From Botryllus schlosseri (Eukaryota): DNA of 64,000 nucleotides. The stretch covers positions 15,624,001 to 15,688,000 of the forward strand of contig CM119373.1 in NCBI GenBank assembly GCA_051294905.1. The letters are read 5' to 3'. Every line of letters starts with the position of its first letter. Positions within the stretch are counted from its first letter, which is position 1. Position numbers and translations under genes: made by a program. Below are positions 23,710 through 37,700 of this stretch, piece after piece. Below the pieces are notes generated by a model. The model was not told where the DNA came from, did not search any database, and saw only the letters and a list, made by a program, of their open reading frames with translations.

Positions 23710-26429
23710 TTTAACCGAATATATTGGCATAACGCCATTTTAATAATATTCAATAACGAGTTTATAAAACCTTACCTATTTCCCTGAAATGAAACTAGAT
23801 AAGACCTTTGGTGCGTCGTCTATTTGTCGTGTGAAACGTAGATAACAGAAATAAATCGTACGATGTTTGGTGCACATAATCTCTCGTGGCTATAATATAT
23901 ATACGAATGTAATACCACGTAGATTCAATTCAGTCATATATTTCGCTGCAATTCATTGATTCCAATGATATATATACAATGGCTGTACACTGCCACGCCC
24001 CTCAACGCTATAAGATAGGTTCCCGGCAAAATCAGTCCGTCGCAGGATATGCTTGAGTAGAGGTACGGGATTCCGTATACCGACTGTGGTGTAGTGCTGC
24101 AATCGACCTTGTCAGCGTAATAATTCACTGATTTTCCCTAATTGGCTTAGTTTTAGCTGGTTTCTTGAGCATAGTGAGGCAGTGCTGCATGTAATACAAC
24201 TTAACGATGCACATTTATCAAAGTACCGACTAGCTGCGAGGCATTTTAGCATCGGTTGCAACCATGCATGTACGACACAGCCTAAAAAATTACCAGAGAC
24301 TGTGCGTGAGCGTCAACATAGATGTGCAGAATCTGGAAGGATTGTTAAAAGAGGATTTGAACATTTTCTGGCATCATTTACCTCACTTGATTTCTTAAAA
24401 GAAAAGGGTTGATTACGATAATTGTGTGAGCAACTAAGTTGTTTTATATAGTATAGTATCAATATTATAGCGATTGTACCTTCATAATATAAAAATCGGA
24501 ACTAACCGAAAACTATCCCCATCAATGATGAGAATCGGCATTTTTCCAAACAATATTCCATCGGCAAAACAATGCACTAAAATGACATTGAGGATAATCA
24601 CTCATAGTTGGTATTGTTCACATCTACCTGGCGCGATATGTCGTACTCCACTCAACAGTTGAATCTTTCACACCGGATGTGCGAAAACGTCTACCAATGC
24701 TCATTTATTCAAAATATACCTGGTAAACGTTTTGGTACTTCTTCCATATAAACTACACGTTGTGAAGTGTTCCCCATGAATTGCCTGTAAACCTTGAAAA
24801 TAAACAAGGAGTACTCGTCAAGATTGATAGCTGGAAGGATTGTACAAAATAGATGATTTGTGCATTTGCGAGCAACATTCTATGGCGTCTTATTCATTGA
24901 AAGGTTATGAAATGATTTTGTAACCATCATTGCATAGTGTGTACGTCTATGGTATTTTATGTAAAACCTTCATAATTTTTCGCTATTTTATTCACGCTTT
25001 ATGACCTGAGCATGAGCATTAACTTGTATTTGTATATACTGGTGCCTCAAATGCCCAGGTTAATTTCCCAGCAATGTAACTCCATAATCCTCCGTTGCGC
25101 GATCTCTCTCTTGAATATACTCATGCTCATACATATTGCATATGCGGTAATACGGAAAATAGTTATTTAACTTGATTTCAATAGTAGTTGACTGGCAAAA
25201 CTTCGACATAGCAAATTCCCATTTTGTAAATGTCTAATGCAAAAAAATTTTACAGAACCGTTATTGACCAATTTGAAAATTGAAGTCTGTTCTAACTTTC
25301 AAGAATGGATTGTTCGTGTATTGAAACAGCCGCAAAGCAACCCACAACCGCGAGGAAATTGAAAATAATTTAGGGGTCTTAATAAAAGTGCAAATCATTA
25401 TCTTATGGGATTCTGGCACGGCAGGCACTCCATGAGAAACAACCATGTCATGTTCCACTCTGCTTCGCACATTGAGATATTTCGAAAGATTGTAGTCAAA
25501 ATGAATATTACTTTACGATTGGTGCCGGGTTGGATTGATACTCATTGGGTCGATTGATGCGGAGAAAAATAGTCTTGCTGAGAAACTATGCATATTATCC
25601 GAGTGCGAGAGGTGAGGAGATGGACACTACAATGCAATCTGCGGATAATTTTGTGAATACGACACCAAGTTCAGCTACAACTGCCATTTAAGCAATATTG
25701 CATTACAGATAATATTGCTTCACTTGTACTAGCTGGAAAAAGATATGCCGCTACTGCAATATTGGAGATATTCTCATACCGCAGAAACAGCAACGCCCAA
25801 AGCAACGAAATTCGTGAGCAGGGAAGCTTATCAAGGAGACAAGAAAACAACAGCAATGATAAATTTGATACGGACATTTTTGCCAATCCATCGAGCAGAC
25901 TATACCTCATTATCATCAAGACATTGAGTCTTGATCCGTTATTGGAATCATTTTTAGCCTGATCAGGAAGTCTGGCCGTACCTGCGATATGGTAATTTTC
26001 AAAGAATTATTGATTTCTAAAGAGGCTTGAAACATACTAGTGTTCAAACGCCACGGAACTTGATGCTTCAATGCCCTCTGATGCTAAACATCATGTAAAA
26101 CCGCTGCTCTACCATCCAACTGCAGTCCTGTTATTGTCATTAAGAGAGAATAGAAACGCTCGAAAACATAACATTTGAGAAAATGTATTTTTGTTACGTG
26201 ACAAGAAACATTGACGTTATAAACTATTAGGCACAGTTATTTGATTGTTCATAATAGCACAGCACACTTTCATAAATTACAGAAAAAATATATGCACTAT
26301 TGTGCACATTAGATGGATAGATGCAGTACATTTATGGAATGGTACATATAACATAGGTATATCTGAGATTGTAATTCGCATAAACATGAGAATCCCTTTT
26401 TGCTACATATTGACCTGACTTGAAAGCTT

Positions 26430-27350
26430 TCCGTTGACTAAGATTTTGGTTCTTGTTATTCTGAATTTTGATGACAACAATTCTGACCTATTAACAAAAT
26501 ATGTTTATACAGTTTTCAAGTGTTATAGTAAATGAAATATCTATACCCTGCATAAAATTCTCATTGATATTATGGTGTTGGCATCCTGATAGAAATTTAG
26601 TCATAACTAGTATCAGCGCATTTAGGAGTCCGTGAGGTATTTAAGCTGTTAAAAATCCTGCGTCTGTAATACCCATCCGATGACACATTGTTATGACGCT
26701 CGGATTTGATAAAATTCTTCCATGATCACCTCGACTGTTGAAGGAATAGATGGTCATGTGTAAGTCCGGAAATATGTTGAGTGAAGGAGATTGTTGGACA
26801 GTCTCTATTCTGTCCTATTCTTCGAAGTCACCATCTTGCAAGTCAACTATGATTGTAAGAGTTGACAAACTGGACATGGACGGTATTGCAATTAAATTAC
26901 TATGCAAAGTAGCCTATACGCTGTGAACAATCATTTATATATCATTGGCTGTGCACAAGTCCATCAAACCTGAAATGGACAGTGGCAGGAACTTTCTACC
27001 TATTGTGGGTCGCTCTCGCGCATACATACACTTATCAGATATGCCATCACATCATTGTACTTATGAAGTAGTTCGAAAAAGTAGGTTAAGATCAGATTTC
27101 GCAGACGGTTGTTAGTCAATTGGATGTTGAAGCAGAAAATGAACGGTCTGAAAAGAACTCAAGTAGTATGAAGAAATAAGTTAGACTAGACTTTGTATAC
27201 ATTTGTTCGTCAATTGTATACTATCTATGAGCTGCTGACGATTACTCCTGACGAGTATCAAACAAAAATAATCAAATTTCTTAAATTGTATATAGGAGCA
27301 TTCTAATCACAAGATGAATCTCCACAACAAAGGAATAAGGACTATTGTTA
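26430..27350 (+). mobile_element. Highly decayed Penelope-like fragment
   Basis: The 27200-27350 segment is homologous to the Penelope 3' regions at 11.4 and 44.3 kb (GCTGACGATTAC..CTGACGA). Upstream coding remnants are only faintly recognisable. Confidence 0.45.
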
Positions 27351-28899
27351 CTTCAAAAACGTGATAGTTTTTGCGAAGTCCTCAAGTAGGTTTTGCCTAC
27401 TTTCACAACTTCAGAAGGCCTGACTTCATAGTCAATTTTAGAACTTGCCTGAATTGACTTGAAAAATTTAGAAATTACTTCTTGATTAAAAATTTGCAAT
27501 GACTCGAAGAGAGTGACCTGATCCCAACTCTACCTCGTACTATGAAGTCTTCACAATTATTTGCTACTGCGAGACCACCTCCGATCACAATGTTCATCAC
27601 GTAGGCATACTGGTACATCAGTTTCGTCCAATGATATATATACAATGATTGGAAACTGCCGTGAGCTCTGCGTTTCAGCGTGTTCCTGGTCACGCTTCAT
27701 CGCATACACAGTTGTGCTGTAAACAAAGGCTTCCTCAGCAATACTTCCTTGAGAAACTAGCGATGATATATAATTCATTGGGTATATTTATCAGTGGCGA
27801 TTAGCGTTAACGTGTTAAATAGGTTTAAAAGCGCATTTCTTTCTCGCGTCTGGGATTTTTTCTGAATATGCTAGCGGACCGCTGCCATATAAACGTTGAT
27901 TCACGTACACGTATTTCGTAGAGTCGTACACCTAGTTCACAAGATAAATTTCGCGCGTCATGCGCGTATCGCAAATCCAATTCACACATTGACGACTCAC
28001 AATTATACGCAATCCCCGTGATGTAGCCTTGTGACGACCAACGAGGCTTATGTTCCCACAGTCGCGGACGTTCAACCATTGTTGCAAAGTGACACAACCT
28101 TCATTACAACTTGAGGTGTCGCTTTTCCATCATATTGCTAAATCGATAACATCATATATAATTAAATATCAAGCAGACGTAGGTATTAGAGAAGTAATTC
28201 TAGTTATTTTGAGTACTCGAGTAGGTTTGCCTACTTCCTCTGGTGATTGTGTTTTCATTCTACTCAACTCACCATTACGAAAACATCACATCTTGGTTTT
28301 TGCCAGGGATATCTGGATATCCCTTGGGTTTTGAAGGTTTTTGAAAATAGCACCCACTTATTCAATGGTCATTTTGCGGTAGTCACCTAGCTTCACCTTG
28401 CAATTTCAAAAGTGACTATTTCCGACTGACTCCGAACGAACAATCAAATCCAATTTCAGAACTTTTTAAAAGTACTCTACAGATATATATTTTCGCTACT
28501 TCTATTAGAACCTGAGTAAATCATTGTAGCAAAACTTCCACTACTTCAGTAGCAACGCTGCATACATCACCCACCTCTAAAAAATGTCACCTATCCATGA
28601 TCATTCCACAAAATCTCGATGCCTTACAATACAGAATTGAATTTTCAGGATTCCATCATGTTATGTAAAGAAATGAGGAATGATGAAACAAGATACATAC
28701 AATTCACAGATGGAACATTTACGAATACATAATATAATCCTCAAATCCCTAATTCATGTGTATATGACCGAAATAATGATGCATGCATTTGAAAAAAGTA
28801 ACATTAAGATGCAACTGTACAGAACTAGATCGATGAAAAAATAACCATGCGGACAACAAAAACAGTTTATGCGGGATTTTTTAGGCAAGAACAGTGCTA

Positions 28900-30900
28900 T
28901 AGATATCAATTTTTGTCATCTTCAGCTTGGGAAAAGTATTTGGATGACGTCCTTCAAAAATGTAGCAGTACACTCGCTTTCGTTGGCTCAAAAATGGCCA
29001 ATTACGACCCGAATGATGCCGTATCCCCTCTTGATGAAATCTGCCTTGTTTAGATGTTTGTCCATCTTTGCTTGCTCTTGCCCGAATCATTGGTCGGATG
29101 GATGGGGAACATCCTTTTTCCATAATTTTATATGATATCAAGGTGTCACCAAATTCATTAATATCTGTAGTGCAGAATATGGATTCGGCTATTTGACCGT
29201 ACCAGTCCAGGGTTATTAAATGCAATATGGCTTCAAGTCGGCGTTGTAGCTGAACTTGGTCGATGTCTTCATAATGTCGAACCACTTGTAAATACCTGCA
29301 AACCATGCAATCAATCAATCAATCAGGTTTATTAATATTTTGATCGTTTCAAAACATCACAAGACTTCGATACAATGAAAAGATAGGAAGGTGTCGAAAC
29401 AACTTAGAGTAGCCATTAAGATCAGACACCCACCTTAGCCTAGGCGAAGTAAATAAGAAGCATGCACACTGAATGAAAAGTAATGCAGATAATGTAAGAC
29501 GCAAGCGACAAAATGGGATGGCATGTGGCTGAGGGCGAGGTAGAAGGCAGAAGTTCTCCTCGCTCGCATAATACGCACAACACTATTAGACAGAAGCTGA
29601 GCAGCAAAAATCTCCCGTATCTTTGCCAAGCTTTGCATACGAAAATGTGCATCCGTCAGTTTGCAGCATCTCAATTCCGTCGGTTCAAACAGCCGTAAAA
29701 TGCCGCGATCGAATAAATTTACCATCATTGTTGAGAAGTTTCGTACCACCAGTGCGGCTGGCGTAGAGGTTGTTACGTACGGTTTTTAACAAATGGGGAG
29801 GGTTGAAAATCAGAAATATCTCATGCTGGGGGTTGAATATATTTTTGCATTTGTAAGGATACTCTAAGTTCAAGTTATTCAGCTCTTGGAACATCTTGCG
29901 ACACCAGCAACAAACGCAGCTACCCGAAATCCACAATCCTCCAAGATGCCGACACATTTCCAGAATATACTCGAAAGTTGAAATGAAGGCACCGACTTTG
30001 TTGCGTAGTATGCCAAGGCTTTGGAAACAGACGTTACCAGGCCACTGGCATAAACTTGAAGAGCGTGTGTAGCTGGTTCATCATCATCTACAGGCTAGAC
30101 TCCCCAAGAAAAACGAATCCTACCATCCCGTCTTTCATTGTACTGAATACAATATTCTCTTTCACTGAAAATGCCAAAAATCAGAAGTAGTTAGACACAT
30201 GAAACTTCACAGTGAACAGCATTGCTGAAATATTCGCGACGAAGTCTTCGACACAGCTATAAAGTCATGAGAACACAATCTAGCCAATATACAGGCAAAT
30301 TTAAGGTTGGAATGGCTCCAATTTTCAAATTGATCGATTTGTGTCCTGTCCGCAAGAGCAAATGCATTAGAAATTAAAACGAAACTCATTTTGTCAGTTT
30401 TACCAGTCAACTACCATGGGAATGAAAATATATAGTCAAGGTAGCCTACCACTCTGTAGTGCTTATGCAATGATGAAGAGTACAGTATAGAATCACTTCC
30501 TCACCTTTCAACAAATCAGGTGACGCGAATGAAGTTCGCAAATCTTTAAATCGTCTTTTTTGTACAATTGATCCAGCCACGGATCTTGGCGCATGCTTCT
30601 AATAAATTTCTCAAGGTTTTCCGCCCATTTATAGGCCTATTTGGCTCCAGGGCAAAAACGTTTTGCTGGAACTTTAAACAAATGCGCATTGGCAGAAGTT
30701 TTAGCACACCCTGGTATGCAACACTATCTCCCCATTCTGACGCAACCAACTATTCATCAATCAACTATTAGTGAGAAAAAGGAGTTATAAATATTATTGC
30801 TTTCTGTTAAATGAGTCTCATCGAATTTTCAGGTTGGCCACCCACTTACACAAGCATCTTAATCAGCTTCGCTTTCAAGATATCAGATGTCGTAATTGAT
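28900..30900 (-). pseudogene. P-element/THAP9-type transposase relic
   Basis: ATHALQVYASGL...LAYYATK...FWKCVGILE; IFLIFNPPHLLKTVRNNL; KLTDAHF...KIRE.FAAQLLSNSV. Many stops and frameshifts; ends not defined. Confidence 0.8.
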
Positions 30901-31194
30901 GCTTACAAATGTTCGAATCTCAATCTGTCTTAATTATCCAAGCTTTTTTACGCTGATCCACAGATGCAAAAACCTAAGCAGCTAGTCAGTACCTGAATAT
31001 TGCGCATTGGCGGAAGTTTCATTAGACCTTAGTATGCAGCACTTTCTCACTATGCTCGCAAAACCTATTAACAATCAACCAACAAACGAAAAAACAGTGA
31101 AATACCTGCCAGCAAAGGTGATAGCAGTACTCAACCACGGTCAACATTACTCAATGAAGTGTCCGCAGTCACGCAGAAACTTAGACACACTTCC

Positions 31195-31446
31195 TTCATA
31201 ACATCGGCTGATAACTATCTAAAATTCGTTCTCTACGTGAATGCCTAATCGCGTCGAGCAAGTGCGACGGTGGAGATATCGTGCCATGTAACGGGTTAAG
31301 CAGCCGCGGCAGCTGGTCTTGTAGAAATTTCAATAAATTGCAGCTCCATTACGGTGGCGTTCTGAAGGAAATGACCGCGGCCAAAAATTTTTGTTCGTTT
31401 TCACCTTCAATTTGAGACCACATCATTTTTAGAGCGCAGTGCCCCT
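31195..31446. mobile_element. Right half of a Kolobok-like MITE
   Basis: Aligns with 62090-62278; ends GCAGTGCCCCT followed by TTAA. Confidence 0.7.
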
Positions 31447-31830
31447 TTAAGTAGCATTCCCGGATAGGGTCTTGCATTTATTTCGATTTCAGAGACGGTG
31501 GTGTGTGCGTGCATGGAAGTGTGTCAATAGCGGAATTAATTGATTTAGTATGTCAGAGCTATGTGGTAAAATTGTATTGTTTTGGGAAATTTTAGTGGTC
31601 GTTGAACAGGTTAATTATAATTAGAAATTGCTAGTAGTTTTGTGTGAATTCCATGTTGCTTACTGTCATTTTGTTTTCTCAGTGATATAGCCATTAATTC
31701 GTGATAAAGTCTGAGTTCGTATTTCTGGCGGAATCCTCGTCTGTGTGCAGTGCGACATTTGCGTGTACGGGCAACGGAGAAGGTAATCATTTCCAATTCT
31801 CGCATGAGCTATTGCTATTCACTGTGAGAT

Positions 31831-33785
31831 GTGGAAGTAGAATTTATGAAATTGTGTAGTGGTAAAGTGTACCAGTCAAAAAGTGATACCGATATGTCCA
31901 AAGAAAAGAATACGGAACTTGACGTGATAGATAGAACATTGGCAATATTTAAAGATGTACCTAATCCTTCGACTAAAAAGGGTAAACCTCTCGGTGCGCG
32001 CGCAAAGGAGGGTCACTTAAAAGTTGAACCAACCACGGAACGGGCCAGTAGTACGTTTCCCCGGGTAGATGCTGACCACGAGCTCGGAGCCGTTGGCGGA
32101 GTAAAGGGGGTTGCGTCTGCGGCATCGGCAGACGATGTCGCGGAATTGGGGGACAAAATGCCCCACCGATCTGGTAGGGAAAGTAGTGATTCAGAACCCT
32201 GTGATATGGGGGAAACGAACGTGATGCGCCCAAGCAACAGCCAATACGAGGTGAACATAAAAATATTCGCGAGTTAAGTGACGGGGGAACCCAGTACAAC
32301 TCAGTTTCGATGTGCTTACAGAGGCGGACGCACTGTATGTGCCACCTCGGGGAAATAATTTCGGCGAAAATAGTGGGCATCAGAATAGATTACCACTTGA
32401 CAGCGGAGTGCGCCAGGAACCTCAAGGGGTGGTTCCGAAACCTAGAGCAGGGAGACAGAGCAGCCGTCCAGAAGGGCCGGGAGTGAGTAGAGATCCCTCT
32501 CCGCGAAAACGAAAGTGTACTGGTTTGAGACGAGTCGATGGGCCGGAACATTTGACAGGGCGCAGCTCAAAGGCTCAGGAGGTAGAAGGTCGGAACGTCC
32601 AGACTCCGATAGCACGTGACCGAGGCCGTGAGCGCGAGGCAGAAGTTCGCAATGTTGATACTTGATCAAGCGGAAGCAGAGGACTTTCGAGGGTTTATGA
32701 AACGATGGCAGAGTCAAGCGATGAGGGGCCTTTGCCCCCACGACGACTGGTCATGTCGGATCACAGAGACAGTGTGCGTAGCAGGCGGTACACGAGAGAA
32801 GTGGAGAGTAGTGATAGCGAACCTCTGGTTAGAAGCAAGGGTAGGAGGCGCGAGATCACTATCAATCGTCCATTTAACAAGCTTGAGCCGGCGCGGTATT
32901 TCAGAATATTAGAGCATCAGCTCGAGGGTGAGAATGTACGGTCACAAAAAGCTAGATATCTCATTTTGTTGAAGAACTTGAATGATGCACACTTAGCCAC
33001 TATTGAGGGGAGTATTCCTAGCCCACATGATCCTAATTGTTACGATTTGCTTAAAAAGGTTTTGTTGGACCGTTTTGATGCTCCGATTAATCAGAAGTTC
33101 AATAACTTTTATGCCGAGGCAGTTCCGGGCATGAACCCCAGATCTTTGAAATCGCTGATTAATGTATGCGCAGGGTCCGATAATTCGCCGTATATCGTGG
33201 GAATCAAGCGCCACACGTTCTTGGAGTACTGTAGGCCCGACATTGCTTTCATGTTACGTGCAATTCCGACAGACGATTTCGACACTATGTGTCACCGCGC
33301 GGTTGAGCTGTTTAATGGGGGATCAAATCCGGGTAGCAGTTCCATTCAAACTAATGAGGTCAGCGTGGAAAAACAGGGAAAGAAGCGCGTGCTTAGATCT
33401 GAGGAAGATACGCAGTTGATCGAGTCGATGAGTAGGCAACTTGTTATTATGGAGAAGCAAATGGCGGAGTTGAAGGTAGCTGGTGTTAAAGTGCAACCAA
33501 GAGGAGTTAGTGAGAGGCCTGTAAATGAGCCGTCGAGAAATGATGCTGGATCAGGCGGAGGTAGCAATGGCAATTCGGACAATGGCCGCACGTGGCAGGA
33601 TCATCCTGAGTCACACCGCGGTCGCGGAAGAGGGTTTTACACCGTGTGGTCGCGGAAGGGAGTATTACCGTGGCGGTAATGTTTGTGCTGGTAGCGGTAG
33701 TAATACCGAATGGACATGCCAAAATCATCATCGGTATGATGATCGGAGCTACTCATGTTATGCCGGGTGTAAATATTGGTCCTAG
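31831..33785 (+). pseudogene. Ty3/gypsy gag (CsRn1-like), frameshifted
   Basis: N-terminal MKLCSGKVY; capsid-like region (F.ILEHQL...SQKARY...PNCYDLLKKVLLDRF); C-x2-H-x9-C-x3-C motif at 33717-33770. Confidence 0.8.
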
Positions 33786-34783
33786 TATAAATTCTTTTGA
33801 TTTTGAGTATCTGGCTTATGTGTTTGATAAATTAAATGGTTTTGATTTCTTGAGTGACAGTGGTTCCATGATTTCAAATTTACCAGCGAGTAAACACGTG
33901 ATTCGGCATTATACGCCGAAATGGCAATTTCGGGGAGCAAATGTGTCTGTGATTAATGCTCATGGCACTAAAACTTTGATGTTGCAGTTCGATGATAATG
34001 AGCCACTTGAATGTCCTTTTGTAATAACGGAAGTGTCGAAGCCAATATTGGGTTTGAATTTCATGAAAAAGCATAAGTTGCTTTTGGATCCGGAGCTTGA
34101 TGAGCTCGCGACTTGTGACCGCAGTGTTGTTATTAAATTGTCTCAAAATAAATTTTCGTCTATCGTCGCGCATATTGATGCAAGTGAACGCACGCCATAC
34201 GCCGATTTACTTGAAGAGTTTCCGGAGATCTTGGTCCGGCAGCCTGTGAAACGGCGCGATATGAAACATGACATGAGAATAAAAACGTTCGGTTATTTAA
34301 AATCTCCAAAACCGCGGTCGATCCCACCTCAGTATTTATTAGAAGTTGGGCGGCAAATTAATGATATGTTGGAGCGCGGTGTAATTTCAAAATCGGATTC
34401 GGATTTTTGCTCGCCGATCGTGTGTGCTCCAAAGCAGAGTCACGTTGAGGGGAAACCTCTCGGTGTACTGCTGTGCATCGATTATCGGTATTTGAATTCG
34501 CATGCTGCCCCTCAATGTTATCCATTACCGAATATTGCGTCAATGCGAACGCAGATAGCAGGGACCAAATAAGTCTTTTCCGCGCCTCATATTGCGAGCG
34601 CGTATCGTAATATCGAGGTCAGTTGTAATTTCAGTATAATATGTGTCTGAGGTTTTCGGTCCAGTGGGGATCATGCAAATTGGCATATGAACTGCTTGGT
34701 GACATTCCTAATCCTTTTCTGTATTGTGATGATATTGTTGTGGCAACGCCCGACGAGAAGTCTCATTTGGCGACGTTGCATGT

Positions 34784-37700
34784 TGTGGGACGCCCTGCGC
34801 CCTCTCACGGTTCATACACTTTGTAAGATACAACATCATTATGGTACATCGCCCATATCTGTATATCACGTGACTTATATCTTTCTTCTCGCTACCACGT
34901 GACTTACCATTTATCAGCTCGTGCATCTCATTTTACAAGCTAGACTCATCTGCGATATCCTACTGTATATTCCATACATATTCGACCAATATATCTATCT
35001 GAGGCAATGATGTCGTTGCATTCACGTTGAAGTTGTCAGATCCAGGACTAACACAGGGACGTGCGTCTACTACGAAAAAGAGCTAAGTATATCTACCCAG
35101 CCACACATTACGTGGGACTCAGGTTGCAACTCTAGCAGGTTATCAGACGACACACCCTCCCATATGGTGCACGCTCGTGAGATGATTTCAGCTTCAACGA
35201 AGGACGAATCGCCTCCTACACAATTGGACTAACAACTGCTATGGAGCCATCCAGGACTTTTCCACCCTTACACGGTAAATCCGTTTACTTGACTTCGAAT
35301 TTCGGGAATGCATTTTGCAGTGAGAATGATTTATCTCACTTGGCTTTATCGGCTAGCAGCAAATTTCCTCGTTATTGCTCGATTCGTGCTTTCCATATAA
35401 TTATGTTCGTTGTTTGTGGTCCTATATTCATCGCCATGACATTCAGAGAACCAGATTTGAGTGATACTCTGACACTGACAGAACATTGTGCATTGGTTTC
35501 GTTTTTATATTACGGCCTTAAAAACTATTATTTGAATCTTAGCGTTTTGTTTTCTAACGAAATTATCACATCCATTCCTCGTCGGGAATTACACTCTCGA
35601 TCGCCCGGTACAATTGCTTCTCTCTCCCGTGAAATCGAATAATTACTACCGATTAACTATTTACTATTTCCATATATACAACTTCACTTTCGCACGAATA
35701 GCCTACCTTAGTCGTGTAACATACCATTTGCTTACAGTTGTTTGATTGTTTAACACCCCCATTTCGATTCTGATTATAAATTTTGCGGTTTTTCCTACCT
35801 TCATATTACCGCGTAAATCACTGCCAACCACAGTGGAAATTTACCAATCTATTTTTTTGCTCGTTTTTTTTAAATTCACGGCATCTCCGTGGAACATAAC
35901 TACCAATTCCAGGATATTAATTTTTGTGATTTCATATGTCATTCATGCGACACTGACTTCCGCGCGTATTTAAGCGCTACCCTTTTTAACTACCGTAACT
36001 ATATACCGTCAATGTTACTTCGATAAAAATAGTGACGCGGCTTTTCGCCGGACTATAGCATAGCATTCCATCGGGATTCTATATGATGTTCCGCGGCAAA
36101 ATCTGCTATTTTTAACCGAAAATTTAGATTTCGGCTTTGAATTATTGAAATATACCAGTATCACTGGGAATGGCGATTTTATAACTAACTTAACTCTGCA
36201 TAACGCAACTTCATCTTATCTCACTACACGTATTCGCATAACCTCGCTTTTGCTTCAATTACCCATAATCATAATTCGATTTTAATCACATATTAGCGTT
36301 ACTTCTAACTCAGCGCTTTGCTGGAATTTATAAATACGGAAGTTACTTCCCTATTTTCTTCAAACCTTGACTTCCTTACTTTCTTTATACTAGGTCTTTG
36401 ACATTTTCGCTTACTTCTAATTACCTATACTTAAATAAGGCCGCTTTAACACGGTGACAAATTGTCATTTTTTCCCGTAATTTACGTCCTTATATACTTA
36501 CCCGCGATAATGTCATCTGAACATACTCAGATTTTGCAACCTATAGTTACAGGCGATTAGCTATACATATCTTTTACCTTTATACATTGTACATTGTACA
36601 TTTCATGGCATTGCTACCTATTACTGACATCTGGTCACCTATCCGTGAAACGTTTGTATAGTCACGAATCTGTTAAATTTTGAATATCACGTTGCCCATT
36701 GTCGCTACTCGGGGGAACTCGTTAATTAAGGTTAGGGTCGAAGTACCGGGTCTACGATTTCACTTTTGCTCCTGGGATCGTGTGTAATGAGTGGGTTTGG
36801 CCATGTTATCTCGCCAAATCGTTTTTAGACATGGGAATTGCTTGTGCGTGGCTCAGCGATTCTACCGGCCGGGGAATCTATGGGTTGTAAACATGCGATT
36901 TTAACTCATGCTATAAACTTCCATCATTACATAACGAAGTTGAGGTGAAATTCGGTCGACTCGCGTCTCGCCCGTACGCTTTTTTATCGAAATGATCCAC
37001 GATCGGACACTATTAGTGTATATACGTTTTTTTTGGATAAATTATTTATCCAGTGTTGGGGAATTTGACCTAATACTTAGACTGTCGTTTAGACGTATCT
37101 TACCGGTCGATACGTCATCAGGCATTGCCATGTGTAAGTCTTCGAAGCACATTATACTGGGGTAGTCGGGCGCACGTTCTTACACTTGCGATATGTAAGT
37201 GGCGTGCAGTGATGATTAATTATTATTTTTATCCCTTCTTTCGATCCGTTAGTGGACCAAATTCTTGATTAAATCACGTCAATTTATCTCCGGAAACCTT
37301 TTTATATATCTGGATAGCATATGGCGCACAGATTCATCGATGTGTCTGGATTTGTGGCATACCATGCTGTGTACATCGCTAGGGACTTTTTTTTCGACAT
37401 GACTGCGGTTCGCAGCACTAAACACTAACAATGCCATTATGCTACCTAACAATACACACATTTGTCATTACTTAAGCTATTGTTATTACCTCTCTTTACA
37501 TTTTGTACATTCTACTTTCACGACGTTACTTCGTAATTTATGACGAAGTCCCCGCGTTACGCTACGATTACATTCATCTTTACATGCTTTGATGCTAAAT
37601 ATTCCATTACTATACTTTTGAACCGATCAAAACACCCGGATAACCCGGCATAATTTCCATTCACTTCGATATTCCGTAAATTTTTATTAACTTCTACTTG

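Noticed and set aside
24300-24793. Chain of small minus-strand exon candidates
   Set aside because: Phases can be made to fit only with a 29-nt intron, several frames are equally open, and the product resembles nothing I recognise.
31450-31830. 5' LTR/PBS of the large gypsy relic
   Set aside because: A TGGTG near 31498 could be a PBS, but no matching 3' LTR exists after the integrase, so it is unsupported.
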